From Anaerolineae bacterium (GTDB lineage Bacteria > Chloroflexota > Anaerolineae > B4-G1 > DUEL01), in contig JBDOIF010000093.1 of NCBI GenBank assembly GCA_041082215.1, positions 5,504 to 69,503 on the forward strand: 64,000 nucleotides of DNA, written 5' to 3'. Under the pieces are notes generated by a model. That model had not been told where the DNA came from. It did not search any database and was given only the letters and a program-made list of their open reading frames with translations. Position numbers and translations under genes: made by a program. Numbering within the stretch: the first letter of the stretch is position 1; each line of letters starts with the position of its first letter. Shown here in pieces: positions 61,673 to 64,000 of this stretch.

Positions 61673-63157
61673 TCACAGCGCGCTGAAATCCTGCCGGGAT
61701 TCGTCCTCGTAGGCCAGGTAATCTTCGTAGCTGCGCTCCCGCGTCATCTGCAGGTAGGCCTCCAGCTCCCTCTCCACCGCCGGGTCCAGCTCCCGGGGCC
61801 GGTGGGCCGCCAGGATCTCCTCCATCCGCCCGCGGGCCCGGTCCAGCACCGTCTTCCGCCCCTCCTTCTCCCAGGTATCGTACCCTTCCCGGACCATCAG
61901 CCGGGGCACAAAGTGCTCCCGGCGGAAGTAACGGGCGGTGTGAGGCTGGTTGAGGTAGTGGCCGGAGAAGCCGACCTGGCGGATCACATCCAGGGCCAGG
62001 GTCTCCTCGCTGACCTCGATGCCGCGGGCCAGTCGCAGGGCCATGCCGCACAGTTCATCGTCGAGCACCAGGAGCAGGTGGCTTTCCAGCATCGTCGAAT
62101 CGAGCGTGCCGCCGCAGGTGATGAAATGGATGCCGGAAAGGACCGCCGGAAGGAGGGTGGCGGTCCGCTCCACGCCGGCCTGGAGGTCCTCCAGCTTCGA
62201 CTCGGTGGTTGCGCCGACGCCCCGGGAGGGGAGGCCGTAGTAGCGGGCCAGTTGGGCGGACGCGGCGGTGATCAGCCCGGTCTCCACTCCGCCCAGCGCC
62301 ACCGTCCCCAGCCGCATGTTGGTGATGGTGGAGACGGTGCCGTAGAGGACGGGCGTGCCAGGGCGGGCGATCTGGGCCAGGACAATGTGGGCCAGGATGT
62401 TGGCGTTCTGCTGGGCCAGGAGGCCCGCCAGCGTGGCCGGGGCAGTGCTGCCGGCAAGCGCTTCAGGGGACATCGCCAGGGGCTGGCCGTACTCGGCGCA
62501 GATCAGCAGCCCTTCCGCCTGCATCTGGATCATCTGGAGGGGGCTGGCGACGGAGCAGATGGCGAAGAAGCGGGGGCGGGCCCGCAGCTCCTCCTTACCG
62601 CCGACAGCGATGGCCATCATCCGCATCATATCCAGCGTGGGCAGGAAGCCGTAGCAGCCCATCCCGAAGGGCTTGCGGCTGAGCCGCGCCCAGGCCATGA
62701 TCGCCTCGGTGTGGATGGTGGTCATCGGGATGTCGGCGGGCCAGATGTCCATCTGACTGTTGTGGATGTGATCAAGGCCGTCAATGATCCGGAGATGGCG
62801 GTGGAGGTCGGCCAGCGTCACCTCCCGCCGCTGGCCCGTACAGGGGTCAAGGATGTGGGTGGGGGTGCCCAGAGCGGCAAAGACCGTGCCCTCCCCTCCG
62901 ATCTCCACCTGGAAGTTGGGGTCATTGCCGTAAAGGGAGAAGGTGGAGGGGGCCTGTTCGATGGCCCACCAGACCAGCCGTTCGGGGATACGGACCGCCT
63001 GGGTCTCTTCATCCACCTCCGCCCCGGCCTCCTGGAAAAGCCTCCGTGCCCGGCCGTGGTCCACCCTGATCCCGACCTCGGCCAGGACCTTCATTGAAGC
63101 TGCGTGGATGCGTTCGATCTCCTGCTGGCTGAGAACCTCGAACGATGCCTTTCCCAT
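61673..63157 (-). CDS. trimethylamine methyltransferase MttB superfamily protein, non-pyrrolysine member (quaternary-amine/glycine-betaine methyltransferase-like)
   Basis: Full-length MttB TIM-barrel homolog of about 495 aa with no internal amber codon. The start ATG is at about 63157 (MGKASFEVLSQQEIERI). Confidence 0.8.
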   Translation of the reverse strand: MGKASFEVLSQQEIERIHAASMKVLAEVGIRVDHGRARRLFQEAGAEVDEETQAVRIPERLVWWAIEQAPSTFSLYGNDPNFQVEIGGEGTVFAALGTPTHILDPCTGQRREVTLADLHRHLRIIDGLDHIHNSQMDIWPADIPMTTIHTEAIMAWARLSRKPFGMGCYGFLPTLDMMRMMAIAVGGKEELRARPRFFAICSVASPLQMIQMQAEGLLICAEYGQPLAMSPEALAGSTAPATLAGLLAQQNANILAHIVLAQIARPGTPVLYGTVSTITNMRLGTVALGGVETGLITAASAQLARYYGLPSRGVGATTESKLEDLQAGVERTATLLPAVLSGIHFITCGGTLDSTMLESHLLLVLDDELCGMALRLARGIEVSEETLALDVIRQVGFSGHYLNQPHTARYFRREHFVPRLMVREGYDTWEKEGRKTVLDRARGRMEEILAAHRPRELDPAVERELEAYLQMTRERSYEDYLAYEDESRQDFSAL

Positions 63158-63386
63158 CCTGCTTCTCCTTCCCTGGGGTAGAATCCGCTCATCCTGCGGG
63201 CTATTCAGCAATTATACGTATATGCCGTAAAAGGACAAAAAACAAACAAACACGACATCGAGCGCCGAAGCGTCCGAAAAGCTGAATCCGCAGCCAGCGG
63301 AGACAAAAAAACGGCGCTCCCGGCCACCATGGCCAGGACGCCGCCTTTCTCAGCCTGCCCGCCGCGCCTCCCGCGGCTCCTTCCAG

Positions 63387-63653
63387 TTACTCTTCCTCTT
63401 CCTCGAACAGGAACTCCCGCTCGCCGACGGCCCGCTTATGCCGGTACACGATCCGACCGCGGCTCAGGTCGTAGGGGGAAAGCTCCACCCGGACCCGATC
63501 TCCCAGCAGGATACGGATGTAGTACTTACGCATACGTCCGGAAAGGTAAGCCAGCACTGCGTGACCGGTGTCCAGTTGCACCCGGAACTGGGTCCCGGGC
63601 AGCGTCTCGACGACCGTACCCTCGACCTCGATCTTACCTTCCTTTTTGCCCAT
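63387..63653 (-). CDS. infA: translation initiation factor IF-1 with short acidic C-terminal tail
   Basis: [66 protein letters not shown]. Confidence 0.93.
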   Translation of the reverse strand: MGKKEGKIEVEGTVVETLPGTQFRVQLDTGHAVLAYLSGRMRKYYIRILLGDRVRVELSPYDLSRGRIVYRHKRAVGEREFLFEEEEE

Positions 63654-63720
63654 CCGCCTGCCCCTCTCCTCGTCGCTGTTTCGCTCCCGCGGGACCGCTC
63701 ATCCGGTGCCTGGCCCGATC

Positions 63721-64000
63721 CTACCCGGAGACCTCCCCCTCCTCGAGCAGTTCGGTTTCCGAAGGACCTTCGACCGGCTCTTCCGCACCTTCGGGTTCGA
63801 CCTTGCCTGCCTCTGCCTGCCGGGCAGCCTTCTTCGCCATCCACTGCTCCCATTCCTCTTCCCGCACACGCCGGGCGCTCAGGCCAATACGACGCCGTTC
63901 CCGCTCGACCCGGAGGACCTTCAGCAGCACCTCGTCTCCAGGTTTGAGCACGTCCTCAAGGGCAACGCCAGGCCCGCCGACCATCTCGCTTGTGTGCAGC
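63721..64000 (-). CDS. C-terminal end of an S1 RNA-binding-domain protein (gene continues beyond window end)
   Basis: VLKPGDEVLLKVLRVERERRRIGLSARRV is the end of an S1 domain, followed by an acidic tail. Confidence 0.6.
   Translation of the reverse strand, partial: LHTSEMVGGPGVALEDVLKPGDEVLLKVLRVERERRRIGLSARRVREEEWEQWMAKKAARQAEAGKVEPEGAEEPVEGPSETELLEEGEVSG

Overview
The window is 64 kb of high-GC (about 65-70%) bacterial chromosome, densely coding, mostly core genes. Thermophile-style proteins (Pyrococcus-type protein disulfide oxidoreductase, archaeal-type HerA/NurA), LPXTG sorting signals and the overall composition suggest a Chloroflexota-like monoderm thermophile; that assignment is inference only. 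All coordinates are hand-counted from the sequence and may be off by 1-2 bases.

Core content, in order:
- der(partial)-cdaR-cdaA, then recA-recX-rny, rdgB, and topA carrying an extra N-terminal zinc ribbon.
- A GDP-mannose pyrophosphorylase, dprA, and the rimM-KH-rpsP-ffh block.
- tgt, an ECF transporter (S, T and a fused A-A' ATPase) behind a PadR regulator, tRNA-Leu(CAG), an OppA-type solute-binding protein, secG and an M20 peptidase.
- A redox island (FmdB, CsoR-like, PDO, TrxB, ferredoxin), a geranylgeranyl reductase, cupin, OsmC, nfo, rhomboid, a PLP Cys/Met enzyme, MFS, M28 peptidase, a non-Pyl MttB-family methyltransferase and infA.

Accessory or unusual content:
1. A cobalamin-riboswitch operon (24.47-30.33 kb). 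It carries a consensus promoter, a B12 aptamer and an intrinsic terminator as expression platform. It encodes a sortase-anchored prenyltransferase/terpene-cyclase-like (alpha/alpha toroid) protein and a Cys-rich DUF4430-like protein with a Pro/Thr stalk and TM anchor. Together these resemble a split transcobalamin/intrinsic-factor (alpha-domain plus beta-domain). They are followed by an S-like membrane protein and a single 922-aa EcfT-EcfA-EcfA' fusion. This is the best candidate for an undescribed system.
2. A thioredoxin-fold membrane protein whose CxxC position carries an in-frame TGA (T-U-S-G-C) followed 22 nt later by a perfect hairpin. This is a candidate UxxC selenoprotein with a SECIS element.
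3. Two paralogous LysW-like zinc-ribbon proteins with long W/E-rich acidic tails flank a response regulator. One is immediately followed by a 30-aa Lys/Thr-rich peptide ORF. They sit in an operon with three GNAT domains and an ABC-2 exporter, with no ATP-grasp ligase.
4. An archaeal-style herA-nurA-mre11(sbcD) cluster, with no rad50 in the window, carries a HepT/MNT toxin-antitoxin pair and a HAS-barrel-like ORF embedded by overlapping start/stop codons.
5. Three MITE-like insertions of 170-190 bp share a GYRYATTTCARTTT terminal inverted repeat and have 8-9 bp target-site duplications. Two of them sit in the 5' leaders of cdaA and a GT4 gene.
6. Several repeat families: CCCTCACCCC-type GC hairpins, a 12-bp x5 tandem array, CGTCARR heptad arrays, and a recurring GCAAGAT-NN-ATCTTGC-GCGCTAC palindrome.
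7. A PD-(D/E)xK Cas4-like nuclease split into two overlapping ORFs around hydrophobic segments.

No CRISPR array, rRNA or integrase/transposase gene was seen.
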